Origin: Paecilomyces variotii
Lineage: Eukaryota
DNA: 64,000 bases
NCBI GenBank assembly: GCA_004022145.1
Contig: RCNU01000004.1
Reading direction: 5' to 3' (one strand)
Shown: one piece after another, positions 53,160 through 63,600 of the stretch
Layout: every line of letters starts with the position of its first letter
Numbering within the stretch: the first letter of the stretch is position 1
Translations under genes and position numbers: made by a program
The notes under the pieces: model-generated
Database searches by the model: none
Seen by the model: the letters and a program-made list of their open reading frames with translations, nothing else
Told to the model about the DNA's origin: nothing

Positions 53160-54647
53160 CTTCTTCTTTCCCCCTTTTTCCGAGGTCTCCTGCCTCCGCT
53201 TTGCTGCCTCCTTATGCCTCGGTCTCGACCCCTGCCATTCCCCCTGTCCATCCCTCTGACTCTCTTGCTTTTGCTGGTCTCCTCCCTCCTACGCCTCATC
53301 CTGAGGCTCTGATTGTTCGTCCGCTTGTTCTGTTTGTTGCCAGGTCCTCCGCTGGCAGACATGACACCACTATGGAGTTCTTGAGAAATAGTCTCTGTGG
53401 TACCCGTAGAGACTATGAACGTGTCTATGGAGCCTTCGAGGCCGATTCCCCCGATTTAACATTCGTGCATGGCTCGAATCGGCCGTTTGCGCCTACGGGG
53501 CTTATTGCAACCCGTATTAGAACGTTCTTAACTCGAGCGGAGAACGAAAGACGAGATGTAGTTCTGGCCATAAATGGCTGGGACGGTCTTACGACAAATG
53601 AATTATCATTTGCCTCTCTTTTCCGGCCTGTAGAGAAGGTATGTACACATTCCCATTTTTCATTTTCATTGATGTCGATATACATAGATCGCTGTGAAAC
53701 TCCGGATCTATGTCGATTCGCCCCGTGTTTTCAAAGAGGCCGACGCTGCTATTGCAGCGAAGGTGTTCACCGGAGAGATTGATATTGAAACAAATGGACA
53801 TCTGCTTCCGGATTCCACGGCTCAATTTATCTCTAAAGTGCGAGCTATTGGCGCTGCAAAGTTGCTGTATGAACTATAAATTCCCCTGAAAAGCTGGCCA
53901 TCTAATTTATATTATTAGGCTCTCCTCGGATATGCAGAGCCTCCTTAGTGAATCGCACCAAAGAAACACTCCGCCGAACCCTGGATCCCTGCAACGCTAT
54001 AAGTGCGCTCAATGTGGCAAGGAAATGCCGACCATACAAACCCTCAATGTGCATCTTAATAGATCGCACGGTAACAAGGTCTCTTGCAAGTATTGCGGGA
54101 TGATATTTGGCAGAAAGGACCACCGAGATCGGCATGAACAAGCGGCTATCTGCCCCGAACATCCAGACTATGTGGCTCCAGAAAAGAAGCGCCGGGCACC
54201 AAGAGGCATCTCTGAACGTTTCCAGAAGCGTGTAGAGACAGCCGCGAGCCGGGGTAATCCCAGCTCGGACAACGCCTATCCGGCGTACCACGAGTTGCAA
54301 GCTAACGACTCGAGATTTCCACGGGTTGATATTGACAAGCCCATTGTTTATCGAGGAGAGGTCTTCTGTCGATTTCCGGCGTGTGTTCACCCGGTAAGTA
54401 TTATGATTTCTTTCTTAGAATATTTCTTTCTCACAAGCTAATATTGTTCTAGACTAAATTCAGTGAGACAACTAAGTTGAGAACTCACTATAAACTGAAG
54501 CATGGGCTCATGTACCCGGCCTACACGGTCGGGAGAATGTTCCCGATTGATGAGAAAACACACGCCGATGGTTTGGAGTGGTTGGCTCGCTGTGTCTATA
54601 TGGGAGAGGATACTGCTGGCCCCCAGCCAGTGCCAGAACGGCGTTGA
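52973..54647 (+). CDS. 4-exon protein: Ser-rich N-terminus + putative serine-recombinase-like domain + three C2H2-type zinc fingers; introns 53639-53687, 53867-53918 and 54394-54452
   Basis: Three GT-AG introns join four segments in frame (VEK|IAVK, KLL|LSSDMQ, VHP|TKFS). Fingers: CAQC...HLNRSH, CKYC...HEQAAIC and CRFPAC...HYKLKH. Confidence 0.7.
53127..53168 (+). repeat. (CTT)n microsatellite encoding poly-Ser
   Basis: About 13 tandem CTT units within a longer pyrimidine-rich tract. Confidence 0.9.
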
Positions 54648-54749
54648 CAGAATGTAAACATACTATATAGAAATATTGATATTTCTATGCCTTCTCTCAC
54701 CGAAATAGCTCATTACTCCTTATGTCCCGAATGAAATCCTAAAGCTGCG

Positions 54750-54853
54750 AGCAGATAGGTCGCCGGGCTGCCGCGTCGCGTAGGGCTTAACAATCATTCA
54801 AACATACCTTAACGGCCTTAGAATAAGTCTCTGATCGGAACCAGGGAATGCTA
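54750..54853 (+). pseudogene. Degenerate fourth copy of the intron-containing tRNA-iMet gene
   Basis: GTCTCTG-ATCGGAACCAGGGAATGCTATC matches GTCCCTGGATCGAAACCAGGACATGCTATC. CGCGTAGGG...TCAAACATACCTTAAC resembles the exon 1/intron junction of the 55369 copy. A T run follows; the anticodon arm is lost. Confidence 0.6.
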
Positions 54854-54939
54854 TCATCCTGTATTTTTTGATTTCTTTTCTTTCTTTTTCTTTTTTAACC
54901 TCCAAGTTATCTGTCATGTTCCGAGGGGTCAAGCTGGCC

Positions 54940-55065
54940 CTGTGAAGCTTATATCCTCCTCAGGGGCGTAAATAACCTTTCCACCAGATAAGATACTCCG
55001 TGACAACCTTATTCCGGCGCCTTGCAACACGTTTGTCGAACATGGCTTCGAACTTATTACCTCCA
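54940..55065 (-). mobile_element. Chromodomain remnant, probably from a Ty3/Gypsy chromovirus integrase
   Basis: FEAMFDKRVARRRNKVVTEYLIWWKGY, then a frameshift to YAPEED; fits the chromodomain consensus (EYLVKWKGY.PEE); no RT or integrase core seen. Confidence 0.55.
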
Positions 55066-55368
55066 TTGACTGCAGAAGGCCTCGTCAGAAGTTGCCGACC
55101 AAAAGTGTCTGCTTCGGAGCTGATTCTAGCTGCACGACTGAAATCACTGGATGATTCCACTGGCTGAGCATAAACAGTACACTGTCTCCTATAACACCCT
55201 AAGGTTTGATGGCTTCAATATTTTTGAGAGCATCAGCTAAAAGATTATTGTTGGATTGCCTCCTAATAGCTGATCACGTAGTGCAACAATCCCCCTGCTC
55301 GAGAAAATGTGGCCATAATATGGATGCCCTTCTTAAAACTTAGCTGGGTCTAGACACTCACCAATCAG

Positions 55369-55498
55369 AGCATGTTAGCTCAGGGGGAGAGCGCGTAAGG
55401 AATCACATGACTCAAATACATACATTGAACTGATCCACTAACATTACTATAGCGGGCTCATAACCCGGAGGTCCCTGGATCGAAACCAGGACATGCTA
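55369..55498 (+). tRNA. Initiator tRNA-Met(CAU), copy 2; exons 55369-55394 and 55453-55498; 58-nt GT-AG intron 55395-55452
   Basis: Exons identical to copies 1 and 3; anticodon CAT at 55459-55461; T run from 55507. Confidence 0.93.
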
Positions 55499-55698
55499 TC
55501 CAATTCTTTTTTTTTCCTGTTTAGAGCAACCCTTCTTATAAATCCTAACCTTCTCTAACAAAATATAAATAAATTAATATACTATTAGTGGCTAACTAGT
55601 ATATATCTTTTATTGATTCTTTTTCTTTAAGGTATTAAGTGATTCACCGCCTTCCTTGTTCAGGAATAAAAAAAGGGAGAGTGAAAAAAAGAATTGGA

Positions 55699-55825
55699 TA
55701 GCATGTCCTGGTTTCGATCCAGGGACCTCCGGGTTATGAGCCCGCTATAGTAATGTTAGTGAATTTGATCATTTTATATTGGGTCACGTGATTCCTTACG
55801 CGCTCTCCCCCTGAGCTAACATGCT
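55699..55825 (-). tRNA. Initiator tRNA-Met(CAU), copy 3; exons 55800-55825 and 55699-55744; 55-nt GT-AG intron 55745-55799
   Basis: Exons identical to the other copies; convergent with copy 2; shares the 3' trailer TCCAATTCTTTTTTT. Confidence 0.93.
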
Positions 55826-57087
55826 TGTGGATGTGTTTTTGTCGCCTGGATCGTCTTAACTGGGCATTCAAATTCCTGGGCACTCAGGCATTTATCTCAC
55901 ACCTTCCTTTTAGGAACTATACAGACACACACCCGGTATACGGTGCTATATACGGTGATACCGATGGTTAAAATCCTCTTCCGGACTTCCCAGAGCGGTC
56001 TGCTTTATTAAGATGATGTATTGAGATAGCAGTAGCTTACGGGCGTGGCAACATGTGTATATATATAGAGAGGGAGATGTAGATATACAGCATCAATTTA
56101 AACCAAACTCGATCTACTCCGATCATAACCGGTGGCTCCGCTCGAATCCTTGACACGCCGATGAGATAAAGTATTCAGTCTATAAAACCCAAGCGGCATC
56201 CTGCGGTCATAACAATGTACGCCGAGTTCTGTGGCTAAGAGGGCCATTCACCAGTAATGTGACATTTCTGGATGATAGATGTGAAGGTTGGGTGAAGATC
56301 TTAATCTTTTGTTCTTAATTACCTGCTACTCCGCCTATGTTATGATCCTTTTGGTTTAGACACGAGTATTTCGGTTTCTGGCTGAGGTCCGAGATTCTGA
56401 GTAGAGCGTTCGTGCTCTTTTGCGCAAGTCTTCGAACCTCGCAAAGAGGCGTATCTATGTGTAACTTGGGCGAAAAGGGGAATATGGGTGACAGCAACAG
56501 CGGTCAATATACCGTCGAGTAGATCTAGTTAATATCTGGGATGCCCCAAAAATGTACAGCACACAGATACAAAGGACACATTCCAGGCTCCTATATCAAG
56601 CCCTATGTCGGAAACCTGGATAAGCTATCCAACCCCTGGCCGAAGGCTGAGACTACCTACTACTGGAGCCTTCGAAACTCCGTAAATCCCAAACGACACC
56701 AAAACAAGCATGAAAATGCTAAAAGATCTTGATGGTCTTATAGTTACCATACCCGGTTATAAGAACCGTAGGGGCTAGTCTTATCTAAACGTCGACCTTA
56801 AGAAAAGTCTTGCTTCTTATACCCCGTGTCTCAGTATCAACACTCTTGCAAGCGGTTGCGGATATTTTGTCCATACTCGACCTGCTGGTAGCTCTTGCGA
56901 ATCTTACATCTCTAGTATTGCTCGCAGGGTATGAACCTCAGACATCAAAAAGTAATCAGCAAATGCATCCTAAGTTCTGGTGTACAGCAGATTGCGCGCA
57001 TAGAACAAACACCTGTCAAAACGAAACTCAGAGACCCAGAAATTATCATCCTGCTCCAAACCCACCATCCCATCCCGAAGCTCCCAT

Positions 57088-57726
57088 CTACTCTTTCAGA
57101 CCCAAATCAACCTTTCCCAAATCCTTAAAATCCTCAAAACACTGCCCCATCGCTCTTCCCTTATCATCAAAAATGACTCCTTCCCCTTTCAACAACTTCG
57201 TCTTCTCCACAGCATAACTCCCCCCATTTCCCCACGCTCCCTTGTACCCTCCAATCGTCCGATCCGTCGCCAGGACCCGGTGGCACGGCACATCCGGTGC
57301 GAATGGATTCGTTCGCATGGCATTCCCGATAGCACGTGCGCTGGAGTTGAGATGTGTGGATAACGCGGCGTATGTGGTCCAGCGGCCTGGAGGGACGGAG
57401 AGAAGGGTACGGTAGACGAGACGGCGGTAAGGGGTCAGAGTGGGGTGGGAAGAGATGCGGTGGAGGGATTTGGTTATTGAGGAGAGTGTAGGTGGAGAGA
57501 GCAGAAGAGTGGTGGTAAGGGCAATGGGTGATGTGGATTGGTGTTTCTGGTTCTTATGGGTTTTGAACGGCTGAGATGGAGAAGACCGTTTGATGATTTT
57601 TGAGGAAATGCTGTGTTTATGTAGAACGGCAGTTTCTGATTTGAGTTTCTTGGTTTGATTCTTTGCAGTGTTGACATTTGCCGTTGATAAGGCGGTGTCG
57701 GTAGATGATGTATGGTCTTTCTCCAT
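57088..57726 (-). CDS. O6-alkylguanine-DNA alkyltransferase (MGMT/Ogt family)
   Basis: VPPGRWTTY..L......SARAIGNAMRTNP, active-site VPCHRV, IGGY and K..LL..EG. The ATG at 57726 is preferred over the GTG-started extension. Confidence 0.88.
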   Translation of the reverse strand: MEKDHTSSTDTALSTANVNTAKNQTKKLKSETAVLHKHSISSKIIKRSSPSQPFKTHKNQKHQSTSPIALTTTLLLSPPTLSSITKSLHRISSHPTLTPYRRLVYRTLLSVPPGRWTTYAALSTHLNSSARAIGNAMRTNPFAPDVPCHRVLATDRTIGGYKGAWGNGGSYAVEKTKLLKGEGVIFDDKGRAMGQCFEDFKDLGKVDLGLKE

Positions 57727-58533
57727 TGTGTTGGGAATCCTTATGGACGTAAGTCTGATGTGGGAAGGCTCCGAGATGGAGAGGCGGATAGTTGATGTAC
57801 CCAGCCTAGTATCGAGCTGAAAACAATCCTGAATGAGTAGATTTCCGATCTGCTTGTAGTGAATAGATGTTTTGTTGAGAAACCACTTAACGCGTCCAGA
57901 CGCGTCGAGTCGACGATAGGAGTCTCGAAGAATATGTACCACAGGGACGAAATATCCCCGATAGTCCACCGGTCAGGTCTCTTAACTCACTGGCATAATA
58001 AACAGATACTTGAAAGGTAGAGGGGAGAACTGATATAAGAAGTGTTTGCCGAAATCAAATCCGTCTCGCATTAATCATGCTGCTCCGGAAATGACCAATG
58101 AGGATTGTGGAATAGACAGTGCGATGAAACTGGCCAATCACAATCACCTGAGGTGTTCTCTGCACATGGCTTTACAATGTCCACCTCAATTCTAACGCGT
58201 TTCCAGTATTTTCAAGAGCAGATAAATAAAATAAACGTACAGCGTTTCATTAGTGAAATAGATTGGATAAGTCCTCGAGTATCTCCAATGTTTGTGTACC
58301 TAGAGCCTTACGCTCCGAAGACGGTTACAAGCTTGTCGCAAGTGCATAAAACCACATTATAGTTATGGCAATCTATATTCATGGATTGCACCATTCATCG
58401 AACATCACCGGTTATTTCGTGTTATCTCGTCACTCATTCCAGTACACGTAGTTTCTCATCATGGTATTACAACGCACATCGAATAGACGCGATATCCAAC
58501 CACTTCCACAATAAGGTAGAATGGATGATGATC

Positions 58534-60633
58534 CTATGCGGAGTTCACATGGTCAACAGCAACTTTATCGTCGGTTGAAGTTACTTTTCTATCCAAGTCC
58601 AGAGTCAGCGCAGGCGCATTAGACCGCAATGGCTTTCCCGTCTCTGGGTCAACGACACTGTGGTTACGACTGGTGCCCTGGACCAAGTCCGGGTTTTCGG
58701 CCTTGAGTCGAGCAAAAGTACGTTCTGCATCCCAATTCCAGGGAGTGTCTGCTGCAAATAGCAGGTCCATATCCTCCAGAGTGCGTTGGTTACTCTCCGG
58801 ATAAAGAGCCCAGACCATCGGAATACTGATGACATTGCTGATAGCAAAGATGTAGAGGGTCTTCTCTCCAATGGCGCTGAACATGACAGGGCAGAGAAGG
58901 GTCTGGGAGCACAGCATATCAGATTTGTCAACCATAGGATGGATAAGGGTCGGAACTTACCAACCAGCCATTTCCAATACTCCAGCCTACCACACCCCAG
59001 GCGTTACCTCGCGCTCGGACAGCCAGGGGGAAGATCTCAGCAGGATACAACCAAGGAACAGTCAACCAAGTCGCACCGAAGACAGAAGTGAAGATGAAGA
59101 CCATGGAGGCTGCTGCCGCACCGTACTGGGATGCCTTGGTTGCATGACCGGCCGCGGTAGCATCTATGCCCAGCCGAGAGAACCCACCCGCAAGGAACAT
59201 GGCAATGCCTTGTACAACCGCACCCCAGTACAGGGTCCAGCGACGGCCAATGCGGTCCAATGTGAAGACACAAATGAGGGTGGCAAACTGACCAGGTGTC
59301 AGACAGATTCATTTGTGTTACTCAGATGACGTACCATGTAAAAGATGTTGTTCAAGCCACTGATCCATTGGCTCTTATCTGCATTGAAACCAGCGATCCG
59401 GAAGATTGTAGGCGCATCTTGAAATTCGGTCAGTCATCCCACAACTCTGGATCTGACAGGGAAGAATGGAACATACATATAGTAACACCTGCAATACCAA
59501 CCCATTCTTGAATGATCTGCAGCCAAATAACCAGCTGGACACGACGACCGATGTGGAGTTTTCCAGACTTGTAGCCGAATAGCATCGCCAGATATGAATT
59601 GCCGTGAGCAATTGTCTTCTCAAGTTCCGCGATATTCTGGATGTCTCGGAACTCGGCATTCACCCTGATCAGATCTTCACCCTGACTACCACGGAGACGG
59701 CCAAGAATATAACGGGCTTCCTCATCTCGACCGACTTTGACAAGCCAACGAGGAGACTCTGGGAAGAACCACACAATGGCGAAGAGAAATAGCAAAGGGA
59801 TAATCTGGAAGGCAATAGGAAATCGCCAGCGAATCGCAGATGCTCCTGCATCAATAAAAGACAAGCCACTGTAGTATACAGTCAGAATGGTCACAGAATG
59901 AAGTATCTATGATAATACGTACTACTCCAACCAGTAGGCAATGACAACGCCAAAGATATTGAGCGTAAACTCAATGGCGATGAATTGCCCTCGAGATGTG
60001 TGTTCGGCCTATTGACATGGTTAACGGAGATCGGAGACACGAAGACGACGACTAACAGTTTCTGTGGCCCATACAGGCACAATGGCATTCAAAATACCCG
60101 TTCCGATACCGTTGATGAAGCGCGCTATATTTATCAGCCTTTGCAGTAAAGAACTTTTCAGAAGCTTGAGTCTTACCGCAAATCATCCAATTGTGATTTT
60201 GAGCAGAACATTGCAAAGCTGCACCAAATACTGCCCACAGCGCTCCGGCAGCGATCGACTTGACTCGACCTATGCGGTCTCCAAGCCAGCCACCAAACAG
60301 TGCTCCGCAAAGAGTGCCCAGATAATAAACAGAGACAATTCCGCCTTGGAGGAGACTGTTTGTAACCACTGGTGTGTTAGGGGTTCCGTCTACGGTCGTA
60401 GTATAGCCGAAACCCATAAGGTCGATGTAGTCTTTCGCATTATTGACACCACCCATCATACCCTATCACGCAATCTGTCAACGGCCCATCGAGGCTTCAT
60501 TGTGGTAATTCTGCTATACCTGGTCATAACCGAAGAAAAGAATGGACAACGCCGCCACACAGTTAATAGCTACGAGAAGGCTACGCTTCTCAAGCTTGTG
60601 GACAATATTCCACGGGGGTATTTTATCACTCAT
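58534..60633 (-). CDS. MFS sugar porter (Stl1-like), multi-exon
   Basis: FFGYDQ|GMMGG, GDRIGR, WRFPIAFQ, FPESPRWL, DRIGRR, PWLYPAEIFP..VRA.G and YPESNQRTLEDMD. Confidence 0.93.
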
Positions 60634-63600
60634 TGCGAATATCTGTCTGTCCTGGAAGGCTGTTCTAGTTCACAGAAAATGTGCAGGAAGAAGAAAAGGA
60701 ACTCCAACGGTAAGAGCATCACCTTATGAAGAAATTGGTGCCTCTCAGGCCCAGACCATGACAGATGGGCTCAATAGAGTGGATACAGCTCCAAGGCTGT
60801 TGGCGGCTGTACCATAGAGGGGTCTTAATTGTTTCGAGACCATTCTGATCACTACGGACATTGTGGTGGCGCTCCAACTATTTAAAGCTGCAAAGAATGT
60901 AAGAGACTCTGGACCATCTGGGACGCACCCCGCGTGCAAGTTTATCATCCGTGCTTCAGCGTCTAGACCTGAGCAGGATAATATGATGTCGATCCCATAC
61001 AATTTTGCCTTGAGTATTCGGGAATATTCGCAGATCGGCCTGTCCAGTCCACACTACTGGACAATTACTCCTCCCCGTGGGACAAACTGGAGAAGGCGCT
61101 TGATTGCTATTAGCGGGGTCTGTACTGCAAAGGGAACCTGGAAGCGCTCGAGATCGGGCTCTGAGAGCATCAATTCGGTAATCCGATCTATCTCCAGGCA
61201 GAAGATAACCCGCTCCCAGCGAGAGAAAGCCCTCTGATTCGAGTAGCATTTGCTCTTTGTGGCCATGATCTCCAAACCCTGACTCAGAGTGGTGTGACTT
61301 CATGGTCTAACTTCATGAACTAGCCTCGTGCAACACACGAGATTCTATCTCGAAATCTCTGTACATAGTACGTATATCGTTGGCTCTCGGCATATCCTTT
61401 CGGGATCCCACATGGGATGGGATTCACAGAGACTCAACAAGGCGCAAGTGAGCCTGTCGGTTACACCGTGGTTGTCCTGGAGGTAGACAATTACGTCGAG
61501 GTCATACCCTTTGCTGGTTAGTGGTTAGGGACTGTGCATCGCATCCCTTGAAGCGGGGGAAAGACTCGCGGGGATACTTAAGCCTGGGGATCGGATCGTG
61601 GAGAGAAACTGGGGGCGATCGGGAAAAGTCCGAGGGTCAGTTCGTTGGCGTCAAAATTAACCGTCGGCTTGGACCGGTGCGCGCAGTCGGGTATTTTTGG
61701 TCTCTTGCGGATTGTATTCTCCATGCAACTCCTATAAAGGACAGGATGAAGAAGCAGACTTCGATTGATCCACCGCAAGGCACTTAATGCTCTCCTGTCC
61801 AAGTGTCGATGCACGTCGGAAGATAGTTATTGCCGTGCTTGTCTTATTCGACTAGGGGACTATTATTATTTTCTGGTTCCCAGATAAGATGCCGTTGTTC
61901 ACTCGTTTTTCATCTGTTTCCTTATGGCACTGACATCGTTACGGACATCTAGTTTTCGGACGATCCTCTGATTCTCTTTTCCTTTCTTCTTCCGTGTTGA
62001 ATGCTCGAACACCATCGCCCAGATGGGTGGAAGATATTGTTCGACCACTAGCCTGGGTGTCCCAATCATTCTGATGCGAAGATATCGCTCGTTCACTTCA
62101 ACTTCCTCCAATAACACAATCTCTCTTTTTAAACATTTGCTGCGACGAAACTTGGTTTGATCTAGCTGTCAATATGACTGCCAACGGATTACCCGTCCTG
62201 GAGTCGAGTGACTCCAGTCAGACGTTATCTTACAGAATTAAGAGATACAAGAAAGTATTCACTGTGCGGAATCGAGATTTAGCAGTAGTCATCCCAGTAG
62301 AAAAGGAGAATTCATTAATAAACCTACCCTCACAGGATTGGATTTCGAGAGATACCGACCGCCGTAATACCATCACTAGAAGTGAGAAGATTTATGATTT
62401 ATCTAACTATAATACTTATTAGAATCAGCTATGATTCTTATATTGGAGTCTTGAACGTCCTAATTATGACTATAGAAGTTTATCGTACTCACCAACCGTG
62501 GATTGACGAAGAAATGAAGTCGATGATAGTCTCTAGATTCTTAACCCCGCATGACTATTTTCGTTGAACGTCAGCGTTGAAGTAGGCTAATGTCCCTCTA
62601 ATTCAATACACTTCTCTTCCATTTGGTATAACTATTGGCTAATATTGAATAGTCATCCACCAGTTTAATGGGCAGTATACGGGTTCTCCTAAGAATCCTG
62701 ACATGCAATATAGAGCAGCTAATTGGAAGACTTGCCTTATCTTTATGCTAGTATGCGCCCACGGCTTATCAGAGAGCAACTTGAAGTCCAATTTATGTGT
62801 ATCTTTTATTGGACTAAGGTTTCTAAGACGTAGTGCAATGTATTCAGGGTATATTTTGAAGTCTAGAAAGGAGATATTCAAAATATTCCGTATATTGAGC
62901 AGGATAGCATAAAAGACTAATCTAATGGATACTTAAGAACTAGACGACTGATCGAAGAAATAATAATAGATTATCTTCCTAACGCTAGCCACGGTAGTCA
63001 CGCAGATCATCCCTATAACTCAAGCTAAGCTCTTTGGTCCGGCGCATGTTCTTACTGAAGGAATAGTATCGATATATGGAGCTTCCCGCATTAATAATTT
63101 GTGGATTTGGGCGAGGTTAGCAATTACCAGTACTTATGGACAAAAGTTATATACCGGCATGAATCATTTTCATCCAGCTTAGCCCTCGATGTTGCCCTTT
63201 GGGTGTTATGTTACTATTAGCTCGGCCCAATCGAAATTTAGCTAAAGTCTTTTAGCTGTCTATATGCGGGGCCCGCCTAGCTGATATTTATATTTGGTCT
63301 GCACCGTAAACGGTGTTATCATGCGGCATTTTATATATCTTATTGACCACCCGTTTGATACAACCTGTCACGACGGCCACTAGAGTAGCTAGGCATAAGA
63401 CAAGAAGCAGTATTTGATTGAGTACACTTGCATCCATGTAATTTATAGTTAGTCAGACGTATCTGATATCTCGCCACTCCGGTCGATCTATATAGTTACA
63501 TAGTTATGGTAACAACACGTTAGTAAGCGTCTAGTCTTTCCTGCGGAACGGATATCCGGAAGTATCGGCAGTGAAGCGCATTGAAGGGGAAAATGCGTTT

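Noticed and set aside
52651-53362. Overlapping ORFs with poly-Phe, poly-Leu and poly-Arg
   Set aside because: These are alternative frames of the (CTT)n tract; only the poly-Ser frame continues into a spliceable gene.
55380-55460. Canonical (37/38) or bulge-helix-bulge interpretation of the tRNA introns
   Set aside because: The insert is at 27/28 and the anticodon loop is uninterrupted; the 4 nt before each putative bulge (GAGC versus CTAT/CAAT) do not pair.
56120-56160. TCATAACCGGTGGCTCCGCTCGAATCC, resembling a tRNA-Met 3' half
   Set aside because: No stems, acceptor end or terminator; the similarity is within chance.
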